Assembly (NCBI RefSeq): GCF_009914755.1
Contig: NC_060929.1
Strand: one strand, 5' to 3'
DNA: 64,000 bases
Origin: the human T2T-CHM13v2.0 reference genome, Homo sapiens
Shown here in pieces: positions 12,000 through 28,824 of the stretch. Under the pieces are notes generated by a model. That model was not told the origin of the DNA. It saw only the letters and a program-made list of their open reading frames with translations, and made no database searches. A program made the position numbers and the translations under genes. Positions within the stretch are counted from its first letter, which is position 1, and each line of letters opens with the position of its first letter.

Positions 12000-13190
12000 T
12001 CCACTTCCTAATACCATCACATTGGGGATTCAAACTTTAACATATGAATTCTGAGAGGTCACATGCATTTGGTCTATCACATTTTACCACTGGCCCTTAC
12101 AAGACCTCTCCTTCTCACATGCAAAATACCCTCATTTCATCTCAACAATCCCAAAAGTCTTAACTCATTTTGGCATCAACTCTAAAGTCTAAAGTCTCTT
12201 CTAAATACTACTAAATAAGATATAGGTGAGACTCCAAGTATAATTCATATAATTCTTCCAGAGACAAAGATCCTCTTCATCTATGAACCTGTGAAACCAG
12301 ATTAGTTACCTGTTTCCAAAACCCCAAGGGCATGCACAGCAATTTGCCTCAAATGGCCTGCTAAAAAACAGCCTCCCTATTGCCATTGACACTTCAAGCA
12401 TTACTGGATTTGCTAGATCATAAGGTCGAAGCAGTAACACATCTTTCACAGCAGCCTGAACCTCTTGCAGAGCCTTTTCTTGTTCTGGGTCCCACTCAAA
12501 ACTAGCACCTTTTTGGATTACTTAGTAAATTGACCAGAGTAACACACCCAAATGTAGAATATGTTCAAAAATTCAAATAGGTCCCTAGACATTGTTCCTT
12601 TTTTTTTTTTTTTTAATCTCAGCATGCCCTATATCATTGGACCCCAAGAAATTTTGCTGAGGTAGAAAGCCCCTGAATTTTTGTCTGATTTATTTTCTAC
12701 TCTTTACATGCAGATGTCTTACCAATAAGTCCAGAATAGTTGCTACTTCTTGCACTCTAGGTCCAATCAGCATATATTATCAATATAAGGGACCAGTGTG
12801 ATATCTTGCAGAAGGAAAAGGTGACCCACATCTCTGTGAAATAATTAGGACATAGGGCTGGAGGGTTAGTAGATTCTTAAGGGTTGTAACTGTGCCAGCC
12901 ACAGTATGAGATGCTGCATGTAATTTTCAGTCACCTCAGACTTGTGGCTATAGAAGATGAGGATCTCCTCTAGAGCACTCAGAGAATCTTTCAGATTAGT
13001 TATTTGGCACTCAAACTGGGAAACTGAATCCCTGAGCTCATCTTTTTCTGCCATCATTTTGTCCAGCAACACTAGGAGCAACAATTTTCACAATATTCCT
13101 TTTTTTCCGAAAAATGTCTAAATATAATATAGAGTCATTCTGATTCTTGCTTTTTATAAGTGGTGGTTGATTAGGAGTATCATTATCTAT
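12000..13190 (-). mobile_element. MLT1-type MaLR provirus relic: partial LTR plus internal region with ERV-L-like gag fossil
   Basis: 12000-12081 is the reverse complement of an MLT1 LTR start, followed by MaLR internal sequence. Minus-strand peptide LLLVLLDKMMAEKDELRDSVSQFECQITNLK..ALEE resembles the ERV-L gag N-terminus. Confidence 0.7.
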
Positions 13191-13582
13191 AGTTATTACT
13201 TTTATTTAATTACAATATTTAGTGGGTTTTTTTTGGCTTAATACTCTTAAGTAAAAGGGAACAATTGCTTGCGAATAGTTGAGGTCACAAACAAGGTATC
13301 ATATTGAATAATTTGCTCATAACTGGCAATATGACTACCTCAGATAAAATATATTGAATACAAGAAGGAGAATTCTATTCTTATCACAATGAAAAATTGT
13401 TAAAAACTATAAGGTACAATCCCTATTTTTAAGAAGCTTGAAGTTTCCTTAGTAAGATGAGAAACTATATTGACGCAGTAGTATTTCTTAAAAAATAATT
13501 TTAACAGTGTATTCAGGTTTCACACACACATGCACATATGTACACAAATGTACACACACACAACTCTCTAGTCACAGAAACA

Positions 13583-13583
<1 letters not shown>

Positions 13584-13622
<39 letters not shown>

Positions 13623-13904
13623 TTGAGACAAAGTTTCGTTCTTGTTGCCCAGGCTGGAGTATAATGGCAGGATCTCAGCTCACTGCAACCTCCACCCCTG
13701 GGTTCAAGTGATTCTTCTGCCTCAGCCTCCCAAGTAGGTGGAATTACAGGCATGTGCCACCAAACCCGGCTAATTTTGTATTTTTAGTAGAGGCAGGCTT
13801 TCACCATGTTGGTCAGACTGGTCTCAAATTCCTAACCTCAAGTGATCCACCCACCTCAGTCTCTCAAAGTCCTGGGATTATAGGTATGAACCACCGTGCC
13901 CGGC
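13584..13904 (-). mobile_element. Alu (AluS-like) with (ATT)n tail
   Basis: Reverse dimeric Alu whose tail has become an ATT microsatellite. Confidence 0.95.
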
Positions 13905-16900
13905 ACATTGTTTTTTAATATTACTAACATGTTAAAGTTATCTTTGATATTACTGCTTGAAGATTTACAGACTGAGGTATTTAAATATACAAAAAATATA
14001 ATTTTCTGTGGGGTTCAAAGATACTTATTTTTCACTTCCATGTATAGGTTAATATGAGAGAGACAGGCAGACAAAGGGATCTGAATGATATCTGCCATGA
14101 GGCAGTATAGTCCCAGAAGAGGGAAACTTTAAAATTATGAGAAAAAAGTAGGCATGGCTTCAAAGAAGAGGTACTCAAAGCATGGTATTAGAGAAAAATC
14201 AGAAGGCTGTTTCTTGCTTCTGTCATGCTTATATTGTGTAGTCTTTGGCAAATCATTTAGCGTTTTCAGAATTCAAGCTGTTTCTTAGTATAATAAAAAA
14301 GATTGAATTGAATTATCTGTCACTAAGATTCCTTCAACAAACAATCATGTATGGGTGTATTCGAGAAAAAAGTATACATTTTACAATTCATTTTATTTAA
14401 TTGTGGGGATAATAGGTTTTCAATTTTGCATGTAAGTTAAATTTTAAGAATGGTTAAAATAACCTTAAAAATACCAAAATTACCCATGAAATTTAAATAT
14501 ATATGCTGACATTAAATTAGGTAGAATGCTCACATTGTGAGCAGCGTGTGGGAAATGAAGATAATAAGGCAGTAAACAATTCACTTAATTCATTCTCTGC
14601 TTCCTCTTGGAATCAATGGCAGAGATTAAGGGAAAAATCTCCTGGACTCTACCTTCTCTTCTTTGATCTTTCACTATCTAACTCTTGAATTTGTACTCAC
14701 CCTCTCTGGTTTGCACTTTTCACCCACTGTAATTAAACTTGCCTTCCTCTGTAACTTTATAAGTATCACAATACCTGCAGATGTCTGTATCTCTCTCACA
14801 AACCTACACATAGTTGGGGATTAATAAATGTTTATTGAAACAACAATCAAATTTAAAATTTAAAATTTTATGTTTACAATGAGGCTCAATTAAATATGTA
14901 ATATAAAAATATATGTATAAATCATATTAAATAAAATGCCTATACATGTATACATATAGATGGTAATAATAATACACAAGTGAACACTTACTGCTATGAT
15001 ATGGCTAGTTTTGTACCTGCCAGTATGCTAAGCACTTGACTAGAATTACCTTATTTTATTCATAATAGCCTACGAACTAGTTATTGGTATTACCTACATT
15101 TTACAAATGGGAAAAATAAGGCTCAGAGAGACTTTATGTAATTATAATACACAATTAATTAACCTAGAACTAGTAAATTTTCAGCCAATATTCAAACAAT
15201 CTGTGTAATTCTAGCAGCTACAATTTATTCTAAGTGTCAGTCTGTCTACCATCCATCCATCTATCCATCCGCCCATCCATCCATCTGTTCTTTATGTCTG
15301 CATCATCCATCTATCTATAATCTGTAACTTAATTAAAATCATGTAAGGTATATCTTCTAAATCCTGCTTACTTATTTAGCAATATACTATCAACATATTT
15401 TACATCATTCAGTATTTTAATATTGTCTTAATGACACATATATTTCCCTCTGTTTTTAACACTATCTACCTCCTTCTTTAAAAAAAGATCTTTATTTCCT
15501 TGCTACTTAATCTATATCTTAACACAACTTAAGCTTTTAGCTTCCTAAAAATACCCTAGAAAAATGGCATTTTACTCAAGAATATTTCATAAAATAAGTC
15601 AGATGTGTCCCTGAATTTAATTATGTACTCATAAGTTAATTATTATTCAAAAAGTCTATTCAATTAGCTATGTATCACATTGGAGTTTGAATTCTCCAGC
15701 AATTTTTTATTCATTTAAAGTCTGAAGCCAAAAGTCTAAAATAAAATGCTAAATGACTAAATGGGTTCTCTGTAAGGCAACTGGAGATGACAAGGCTAAT
15801 ATGGTCTAAATGAAAATGAAAAATGTTTGGAAAAATGAATTTTTGTGTTGAAAGGGAACATTTTGCTTTTCTTTCTTTTTTTTTTTAGTTTTTTTTTTTT
15901 TTTTGCTCATACTAAATGCTTTATGCCAGCCTAGTTGAAACAAGCATATTTTTCTCAAATGAAAATAAAACTTATAATCACCACTTATATTTTCGTACAC
16001 TTCAGGTATGTAAAGTACTGTTTAAAATTTGGCTAAAATAAAATGGTTGTCACTTGAGTAAGATTCCAAGAAATGCAATCAACATTCCAAGAAAGGAAAA
16101 TAAAATGAAGGCTATCTTTCTGAAGAGATGAGTAAAAGAATGCCACCAGCTCAATGGTTCAAACCAATTCCATCATTAAACTTAATTCTTAGCCAAGCAA
16201 AACTCCCAAACTGAAAGCCCCACCCTATGCATTGCACTAATAAGCAATCCTTTGTTCTTCATCCCCAATACTATAAAATGATAAATGGAATATTGTTACA
16301 TTGAATAATTAAATATCATGACTTAACTAAAAGCATATCATCCTTTAAAGACTGAATTAAATAAACAAGAAACAATTTTATGTATTTCAGAGTATTTAGT
16401 AAGAAGAATTGAATCACAAATACTTTATGACCATAATATTCACCTTTGTCTTAAACTATAAATTGAAGTTGTTTACGTGGATGTGAAGACAAAATGAGGC
16501 CTGGTAGTGAATTTGCATTTCCTATCTTAATTCTGTTATTAGTCATCTGGGTAATTTTCAATCAGTCATTTATCCTCTCTGGGCCAAATTTATATATTTT
16601 TTATTCACAGAGAAACTTTGGTCAGGCATTTTCCTAAGGTCACGTTCAGGTCTGGAATTACATTTGATAACTTTCACACTGAGTAATCCATTTGATATTG
16701 ATTAAGGAAAATGAGCAGAAAGTAAGAAAGTTGATAAACTATCAAATTCTATAGGAATTATATTGATGGACTCCAGAATTTTTTTTAAAAGTTTTAGTTG
16801 CAATTCTATTTAATGTCTAATCCCCACAATCTGCCATGAATAATCTCTTAGAATGCTAATAAATATTTCGTCTTCTTAAATCATTTTTATAAAATGCAGT

Positions 16901-18480
16901 ACCCTAAAAAATTTGTCACCACACTGCTTTTCTCATGTAATTATAAGGGACTTGAGGGCAAATGTCATGACTTACTCACGTCTGCATTCTCCAGCACCTG
17001 GCAGTGTCTGACACCTTAATGATAATTAACAGTATTTGTTAAATAAATGAATAAAAATGAATAAATGAATGAATAAATGAATGATAACCTGACTTGAAAG
17101 CACACTGGTTTGCCCAGGTTTTTGGAGAACTAGGTTTGAAAAATTTTTCTATTAGAAATTGAATATTAAAATAGTTTCTACTATTTTGTTACAAAACTTA
17201 TAATAACCCTATGATATATAATGTTCCTTGGTTTAAAATGTTCCATGTGTTAAGATTATTTGATATAACTACACATAAATCGTACAATATTTTCCCATTA
17301 TCTTTTAAACATGATCAACTTGAAACTTATTTAATGTGCAAATAAGAGCAGAAAATCAAGAAATTGGGGAAAACACAAGCAGTGAGATTTGGACATGAGT
17401 CACGCAGTCATTTAACTATTAGGCCACCAAGGAAATGCTACTAGACCATCTTTTGCAGAATGTATGGTTTAACTGGAGAGACAAGCATTAAATAAACATT
17501 TAATTAAGTATGGAATTATAATCATTTATATTTGAAATGATGATAAATCCAGGATGATATGAAGCATGTTTAATGGAGACGTAACCTAATTTGTGGGTGA
17601 GGGAAGGCTGCACTGAAGAAAATATGTTTCAGATGACATCTGCATAGTGTGTAGGAGACAACCAGGCAAATAGGAAAACATTATAATGCAGAGACAACAG
17701 CGTGAGCCAAGGTCCAGGGCCTAGAAAAGCCTTTTGTACTGTAAAGTGTCAGTGTGGTTAGAAAGCCATTACAAAATGGGTCTGAGAAAGCCATTACAAA
17801 AGAGGTCTAAAAATAGACAGATGGGTAGGGTTAGCTCATTCGGGACTTGGGCATGTTAAGAGTCCTTAATTTTATCTTACTATGGCAGAGAAGATGTATT
17901 AAATTAGCTTAGCAAAGTATGTGATTTCATACAATTTGTGTTTTTACAAGATCACACTAAGTATTCTAAGAGCAGCAATGGATATGTGGTCAATATATAA
18001 GGATATTGAACAATAATAGGTGAAAAAATGACGAGGATCCATATTAGGGGATTTGCAGAGGGAAGGAGAGTAGTATGGATTAAAGTTAAATTTAAAAACA
18101 ATAATTGAGAAGACTGTGTTTGAATGTGAAGGATGAAGGAAAGAGTTATCAAAGATGACTCCAGGTTTATGCCTTGATTTGCTAGTTAATATTATATGAG
18201 CAATCATCTGCCTTGAAACTGGCTGAGGTCCCAAAGCTGATAAAATACAAAGAGTTTCAGACCTCCTTTGCAGAGTATACTGAAAAAAAAAAAAAAAAAA
18301 GGGAGTAAAACTGATATTATAATCCTCAGCGAGTATTTTTCAAAGGGGCAATTTTGGAAATGTGTGGGATGATTCTGGCTATTACAACCATTTGAATGCC
18401 TCTATATATGCTGCTGTGTGCTAAATGATACAACCTTATGAAGAGTCATTCTTCATCCCACAAAACTAAACTACTATATA

Positions 18481-18916
18481 TGTTGATAAAAGAAAAACTT
18501 CAGTCGAATTAAGTTTAAAGGAGTTTAAAGGAGGAATGAATGATTTGTGAATCCGGCAGCCCCCAGAATCACAGCAGATTCACAGAGACTCCAGGGGTGC
18601 CTGGTGGTCAGAACGTATTTATAGACAAAAAAGGTAAAGTGACGTACAGGAATCAACATGAGGCACAGAAACAGCGAGACTGGTTACAGCTCAGTGTTTG
18701 CCATATTTGAATGCAGTCTGAACGCTCAGAAGACTATGAGTGGTTGAAGTATGGCTGCTGGGATTGCCCAACACTCGACTATTGTTATAGGTGCACACTA
18801 TTAAGTTAGGTTTTCAGTTTTATCTGACTATTAAACTAGGTTTCACAGTTCATCCACAAGGACTCAAATATGGAAGTATGGAGTCCTTCTCAGGCCATGT
18901 TTACTTTGCTTTAACA
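18481..18916 (-). mobile_element. ERV1 solo LTR (MER57-like)
   Basis: TGTT...AACA termini; minus strand starts tgttaaagcaaagtaaaacatggcctgagaaggactccatacttccatatttgagtcc; flanked by atata on both sides. Confidence 0.8.
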
Positions 18917-18950
18917 ATATAAATCATATTTCTTAATACTAGAATCTCAT

Positions 18951-19250
18951 CTGGGCATGGTGGCTCATGTTTGTGATCCTAGAACATTGGGAGGGCAAGA
19001 TGAGAGGATTACTTGAGACCAGAAGTTTGAGAACAGCCTGGGCAACATAGGGAGACCTCCTCTCCAGAAAAAAATTTAAAAATTAGCACAGTGTGGTGGC
19101 ACATGCCCGTAGTCCTAGCTACTTGGGAGGTCAGGAGGGAGGATTGTTTGAGCCCGGGATGTCAAGGCTGCAGTGAACCATGATCGCACCACTGCACTCC
19201 AGCTACAGCCTGGGCAACAGAGTGAGACCTTATCTCTAAAAAAGCAAAAA
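18951..19250 (+). mobile_element. Alu (AluJ-like)
   Basis: Dimeric Alu with J diagnostic positions. Confidence 0.9.
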
Positions 19251-19789
19251 ACTATAATCTTTTAGGTTACATGAAAAGCTAGCTATTAAACAAACAAACA
19301 ACAAAAAAAAATTATTGAGATGGAAACTTAATGGAAAGAAGATATGATGTAGAAAATTTGTTCATGGGGCATATTCTTAATGCTGAAGACAATTTACAAT
19401 ATAACATTTCTAACTCCATATTTACTTGGCAATATTGCAGCACAATAGTGCAATAACTGAAAAAGGAAACTAATTGCATCGTTGCAAATATGACATCGAT
19501 CCCCTAAAAGAAAATTAGATCCAATTATTAAGTTAGTAGTGACAAATGCAACATTTCAGTCTTATTAGACTTTAGCAATATTTTTTTGTCTTAAAATTGT
19601 TTTATACTTTCTCACACAGTTAATTTTTGTGGACCCCCCAAAAACAAAAGATATGCATCACTAAAGTTACATGCTAAAATTCTATTTAAATATAATTTTG
19701 TTGTTGGTTTTTGCTTACTTTTAGTCTTACCTGCTCCTATCCCCACTGACACAATGTTTTTGTGTGTGTGTATGTGTGTTTTATGTTTC

Positions 19790-20376
19790 TTTCTTTTTTT
19801 ATTATACTTTAAGTTCTAGGGTACATGTGCACAACATGCAGGTTTGTTACATATGTACACATGTGTCATGTTGGTGTGCTGCACCCATTAACTTGTCATT
19901 TACATTAGGTATATCTCCTAATGCTATCCCTGCCCCTCTCCCCACCCCACAACAGGCCCCAGTGTGTGATGTTCCCCTTCCTATGTCCAAGTGTTCTCAT
20001 TGTTCAATTCCCACCTATGAGTGAGAACATGCGTTGTTGGTTTTTTTTGTCCTTGCGATAGCTTGCTGAGAATGACGGTTTCCAGCTTCATCCATGTCCC
20101 TACAGAGGACATTAACTCATCCTTTTTCATGGCTGCATAGTATTCCATGGTGTATATGTGCCACATTTTCTTAATCCAGTCTATCATTGATGGACATTTG
20201 GATTGGTGCCAAGTCTTTGTTATTGTGAATAGTGCTGCAATAAATGTACGTGTGCATGTGTCTTTATAGCAGCATGATTTATAATCCTTTGGGTACATAC
20301 CCAGTAATGGGATGGCTGGGTCAAATGGTATTTCTAGTTCTAGATCCTTGAGGAATCGCCACACTGTCTTCCACAC
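19790..20376 (-). mobile_element. 5'-truncated L1PA 3' end (ORF2 C-terminus and 3' UTR)
   Basis: ORF2p C-terminal peptide WKTVWRFLKDLELEIPFDPAIPLLG..; 3' UTR ttattatactttaagttctagggtacatgtgcacaac in reverse. Confidence 0.92.
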
Positions 20377-21253
20377 AATTCTTACATAGTGTCTTAAGTT
20401 CTTTTCTTGTCAATCTTGTCTTTTCTGTTCTTTTCCTTTCTCTTTTCCCTTCTCTTCAATCAGACTGAAAAAAAATGGGCAAAAAATCTTAACAGACACC
20501 TCACCAGTGAAGGTGTACAAATTCCAAGTAAGCATTTAAAAAGATGCTCAACACCATTAGGAATGTGCACACTAAAAACAGAATAAGATACTATCACTCC
20601 TATTAGAATGGTGAAAATCGAAATCCAAAACCCTGACAACCCGAAGAAAGGCTGGTAAGGACGTGGAGCTGCAAGAATTCACATTCTTTGCCGGTGGGAA
20701 TGAAAACTGGCACAGAGACTTTGGAAGAGAGTTTGACAGATTCTTATACAACAAAACGTACTGTTAGTATATCATCCAGAAACTGTGTTCCTCAGCATTT
20801 ACCCAAATGAGTTGAAATTTATGTCCACACAAACCTGCACATCATTTTTAAACTAACTTTATTCATAATTGCCAAAAGTTGGAAAAAACAAAATATTCTT
20901 CAGTATGTGAATGGATAAGTAACCTGCAGTACATCCATATGATGAAATAGTATTCAGTGCTAAAAAGAAATGAGCTATCATGCAGCAAAAAGGCATGGAG
21001 GAAACACATTTTGCTAAGAAAAAGACGCCCATCTGTAGGATTCCAACTATATGACTTTCTGGAAAAGGCAAAACTACAGAGACAGTGAAAGATCAGGGAC
21101 TGCGGGAGTTTTGTGGGGAGAAAGGAATGAATAAGTAGAGCACAAAGGATTTTTATGACAGTGAAACACCTCTTATGATACTGTAATCGTGACTATATGC
21201 CATTATACATTTGTCAAAATCCATAGAACATACAACACAAAGAGTGAACCCTA

Positions 21254-21522
<269 letters not shown>

Positions 21523-21527
21523 ACGTT

Positions 21528-21824
21528 GGCTGGGCGCAGTGGCTCACGCCTGTAATCCCAACATTTTGCGAGGCTGAGGGGGGCAAATCACTTGAGGCCA
21601 GGAGTTTGAGACCAGCCTAGCCAACATGGCGAAACGCTGTCTCTCTAAAAATACAAACAATTGTTGGGTGTGGTGGCAGGCACCTGTAATCCTAGCTACT
21701 TGGGAGGCTGAGGCAGGAGAATCGCTCAAACCCAGGAGGTGGAGGTTGTAGTAAGCAGAGATTGCAAGACTCCCCTCCAGCCTGGGTGGCAGAGCGAGAC
21801 TCTGTCTCTAAATAAATAAATAAT
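21528..21824 (+). mobile_element. Alu (AluS-like), tandem to the previous Alu
   Basis: Full dimer starting right after the first Alu's tail. Confidence 0.92.
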
Positions 21825-24141
21825 ATGTCAATGTTGGTTCCTCAGTTGTAACAAATGTATCACACCGGTGCAGACTCTTAATGGTTGAGGAGGCTACCTG
21901 TGAAAGAGAAAGAAAGAAAAAGGGGTATGTGGGAACTATTTACTTGCTGGTCAGTTTTACGGTGAACAAAAGACTGCTGTAAAGCATAAACCTATTATTT
22001 TTAAAAAATATTGATTTCTTTATATCTTTTATGATAGTCATGCCTTGGTGTTTACAAGTTGGAAATATATTTGTATTATATATTACTTTACTTTTATTTT
22101 ACATTATATTACTCTTAGGAAAGTATTTTTAAATTATTGGCTAGGTTGGGGTGGTTTTGAATTGTATTATAAGATAGTCCATGGATGAATAAAAAAAATT
22201 AGTTAACAAAAAAAGTGATTAGGTTTGATACAGTATCAAGCCATTAGAAAGGTAATTCACACTACAATTCCAGTGCCTGTCCATCCCACAGGCACTTCTG
22301 TGACTCAGATGTCTACAAGGAAGTCCTTCAGAGGAATATCATTAGCAATAAGATGATAGCCTGGGAAAAATTTGCTTAAGTGTGTAGTGATTGCCCAGAA
22401 CATCTTAGAATCATTACAAGGTAATTCACAGCATTGATCAAGTTTTTACATTGTGTGCCATACTAAGTAAAATATTGAGAGTGGCTAGGAGTTTTCAGAC
22501 TATATTTTTGGCATTTTAAAAAATGATAAACCTGGTGATTTCAAAAGAATAGTCAAATTGGCATTCACACATTTGTTTCAAATGTATATGGACAATATTT
22601 CTGGAGTATATTTTATGGGTCAACTTTTAGACTTCGACAAATATTCAGTGAGCATATGCAGTTTGTGCCAGGCCCTGCTGTAGGTGCTGCATTGAAGACA
22701 AGTAACAGAAGACTAACATTCTCACATGATGGCAGGAGCATGAGAACAAAGATGGAAGAGGCAATGCCCTTGGAGGCCCAGACTTCAGAACTTACATATC
22801 TGTATATTCTCTTGAACAAAGCAAATCATGAGGGCAGCCCAAGCTCAAAGCATGGAAAAAATGAGTCGACCTCTCAATCTGGCTCATCTAGTATTCTCCT
22901 GAGCCATGGGGAAGTACTTTGACTCTCCTATGAAATTTAAGAACACTAAGCTTAAGATGAGTAAGCAAAGCATTTTTTCCAGTTTTTCTTTTAGTGAAAT
23001 AACATGGACATTGACCCCATTAATGTCATGGTCTAATTAAACAAGCTAATTTATCTGGAGGAGTTATAGATATTTTGTCTCATGGTCAGTGAATGCTATA
23101 ACTTTAAGGTTTGTGTCTATCTCCTATACCATTCCCTCATTGTATTGATGAGAAAATCATATCTGAAAAATGCAGTAATTTTTTCAACATCACAGAGTTA
23201 ATGACAGAATCAAGATTCCTGACTCTGAATTACATACTTTCTGTATCATAGCATCTTTTCACTAAAGTTTTGTTATAGCTAATGATTAGAGAAGTGAATT
23301 GATAAAAATGCTATTTATTACAATCATATTATTAAAACACTGTATACATTTATGCTTAAGTGTGCAAATTTTAAAATCAGATTTTCCAGGTTTAAAACTT
23401 GCTCTACCATGAACTATATGAATTCTATGGGCAAGCAATTTAACCTTCATAAACTTTAATCTTCTCTATAGTAAACTTTAATAATAATAGTATCTGCTTT
23501 GTAGGAATTTTTAAATAAGGATCAAATAAGATCTGTCACCTAGCACTCAGTCTGGCATAGAAAAAATGCTTAATGATTAAGATAATATTTATTAATCAAA
23601 TTTGTAATCAAGACTAAATTGACACATAGTGAAAATGCTTAGATCTTAAGTGTATAATTCAATTAGTTTATAAGTATTTAAACCTATTTATAACTTCCTA
23701 TAAAAATGTGGAATATTACTTCACTCAATAAATTTCTCCTGTGCCTCAACCAGTGAATTGCTACCTATTATAGGCAACTTTTGTGCTGATTTTAATCACA
23801 TAGACTTATTTTGCTATTCTTGAAGATTATATAAATGGAATTAGGCAATATGTACTGTTTTTGTTCTTTGTTTAACATAATATTTTTGATATTGAACAAT
23901 GCGATTGAATGTGTTATATTAATGAGTTTTTCATAAGGTTATTGCTGAATGGTATTCCATTGTATACGTATCCTGGAATCTGATTATTTGGTTTCCTGTT
24001 GATGACATTTCCAGTTTGAATATATCTATACAAATCTTTATTAGAAGGGCTTTATTAGAGATATGTATTTTGACTTAAAAAATAAATATCTTGAAGTAGA
24101 ATCACTTAGTTTTATGATAAATGAGTGATTAACATTGCTAG

Positions 24142-24621
<480 letters not shown>

Positions 24622-25201
24622 TAAGAAGTTGAAAATAATGCACATTTTATAGTTTACTCTGCAATTATTGGATGTAGTATTCTATACATGTCAAGTCAGA
24701 AAACTTCTGTTAATAATTCCAAGTATGATTATGGGATTTGTCTATTTCTCCTGCTCTCACTGCTTTTACTACATTTACTTTGAAGCTCTATGATCAGACA
24801 TATAATTTCTTATAATTTGTATGTCTCCTTGGTGAGTTAATCTTCTTATCATTATAATAAACCTCTCATTATCTTTCATAATACCCCTTAGATTCATATC
24901 TACTTTCAGCCACAATTTTGCTATTTGGATTTTGTTTGTCCCATTATTTTCCTCCTCTGCTCTGTACTTTCTGCCTTCTTTTTCATATATTAAATTATTT
25001 TTTAGTTTTTGTGTTTTAATTTCTGTGTTTTTAAATATATCTTTTTTGTATTATTTTTATTGGTACTTTCAGGATTGCCATTTTCATATTTAATGTATCA
25101 AAGTCTATTTATAGTTACTATTATATCACTTCATGAGATAAGCAAGAAACTTAGTAGAATTTTATTTATCTCCAACTCCAGAAAATGTTAATAAGTACAA
25201 A

Positions 25202-26017
<816 letters not shown>

Positions 26018-26403
26018 CTACTTTGTGCTATTGTTAACATATATTTTATATGTGTTATAAACTCAAAAATGCACTGTTACGGTTTTTGCATTAAAAAGTC
26101 AGGTGGCTTTTAAAGATATCAAGATAAAATATATCCTCTTTTTCTGTTTTCTCACATATTAACCATTTTCAGTGCTCCTCACTCCTTTTTCTAGATCTGG
26201 GTTTCCATCTGGTCTCACTTTCAGCATAAAGAATTTCTGTAGCATTATTTTTAGTTCAGTTTCACTGGTGACAAATTCTCTCAGCCTTCATTTATTTGAA
26301 AATGTCTTTATTTTGCTTTTATTTTTGAAGGATTTATTTACTAGTTATAGAATTCTATGTATACATTTTATTTCAGCACTTTAAAGATGTTGTCATCCAA
26401 AAA

Positions 26404-26548
26404 GCCGGCATGGTGGTGCATGCCTGTCATCACTACTACTCGGGAAACTGAGGCACAATCGCTTGAGCCCTGGAGTTCCAAGCCGTAGTGGGCAATGATT
26501 GTGCCTAAGAATAGCCAATGTGCTCCAGCCTGGAAAACATAGCAAGAC
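26404..26548 (+). mobile_element. Alu monomer (FRAM/right-arm-like)
   Basis: gccggcatggtggtgcatgcctgt..tccagcctggaaaacatagcaagac; flanking repeat aagatgttgtcat / aagaagttgtcat. Confidence 0.8.
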
Positions 26549-26594
26549 AAAAAAAGAAAGAGAAAGAAAGAAAAAAAAGAAAGAAAGAAAGAAA

Positions 26595-26639
<45 letters not shown>

Positions 26640-26725
26640 AAGAAAGAAGGAAAGAAAGAAAGAGAAGAGAAGAGAAAAGGAAAGAAAAGAAAGAAAAGAA
26701 AAGAAAAGAAAAAAAAGAAAAAAGA
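26549..26725. repeat. Compound (GAAA)n/(GA)n polypurine tract grown from the Alu tail
   Basis: About 175 bp of pure A/G. Confidence 0.95.
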
Positions 26726-27265
26726 AGTTGTCATTCACTATTTCCAGGGCTCACTTGTTTTGGTAAGTCACTATATTATTGGCCTCTCTAGCAATTGTAA
26801 TGGTTCATGTTTCTCTGGGTACTTTCCAAAATTTCAATGTATCTTTAGTTTCTGGATGTGTGACTATAAAGTCCCTACATGTTGATTTTACAGTGTTTAC
26901 TCTGCTTTGGGTCTACTAAGCTTCTTGGATCTATATGTTAATATTTTCCAGCAATTTGGGGAAAATTTTGCCCATTATTACGTTGAATATTTTTCTGTTT
27001 AATTCTTCCTTTCTTCTCCCTCTACACAACTTTATTAGGATGTTTGATGCTATCTCACAGCCAGTATCTCTTTTATTTTTGTTTTTCATATTTTTTTAAT
27101 TGGATAATTTTTATTAATCTGTCTTCAAGTTTTGCTGATCTTTCTTCAACTGCTATTCTGTAATTGCCAACCTGCTATGAAAACTTATGCAGTGACTTGT
27201 TCCTTTCAGGCCTTATAAATTTCAGTTCTGCAATTTCTATTTTGCTTAAAAAAAAAAAACATTCC

Positions 27266-27612
<347 letters not shown>

Positions 27613-28339
27613 TCACTACTGCTAACTTATTTGACCATAAAAATATCATTACCAAATTTTTCTTTAAGTTCTTTAACTACTTTATAGTGGCTGCTTGAAT
27701 ATCCTTATCTGCCAACTGCAGTATCTGGAACTTCTCAGGTTTTGCCTGTTTCTATTGACTGTATTAAAAAAATACATACCCACATATACAAATATATATG
27801 TATATGTATATATATTTATCCTATTATCTTATACTGTTTTGTGACTTTTTTAAACAATGTACAGGACATTTTGTATATCAATGACATTCTGATTTGTTAT
27901 ATTCTTCTGATTGATTCCTGTTGATTTTTATTATCAATATTATGAGTTAAATTATCGATAAATTAATCTTGGGGAGGATTCATTTTATACTCTTTCAGGT
28001 TGGTCAATCTCATTTTCGTCCTTAGAGTAAATCCATTGTTATAGAACAGAGAAAAGTTATGGTCCTTCTAGGGTTTTGAAGGAATGTCAGAGAGGTTTAT
28101 GAAGACCCCCTCACTTATTGGAATTCAAACTTCAAACTCTGTGTCTCCTGCAGTGAGTGGCAGCTGAAATATTTGCTCAACTTTTTAAGTCTCTCAATTT
28201 TTGCTTTCATCTGGGCTTCTTGAAGTCTTTTCTCCTTTTCCACACAAAAGCAAACAAAATTTAAAGGAAGTTTACATACAGATGTGAAGTCTTATACTTC
28301 TATCTGTGATTTTCCTGCTCAAGTGAGCAGCTCTGGTAG

Positions 28340-28824
<485 letters not shown>

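Noticed and set aside
17760-17808. Short direct repeats (agaaagccattacaaaa x2; similar at 4903-4938, 38567-38608, 55458-55484)
   Set aside because: Two-copy slippage duplications with no spacer array; not CRISPR-like, and the context is eukaryotic.
26393-26885. Several K/E/R-rich and F/L/S-rich ORFs of 77-128 aa
   Set aside because: They are translations of the (GAAA)n tract, not genes.
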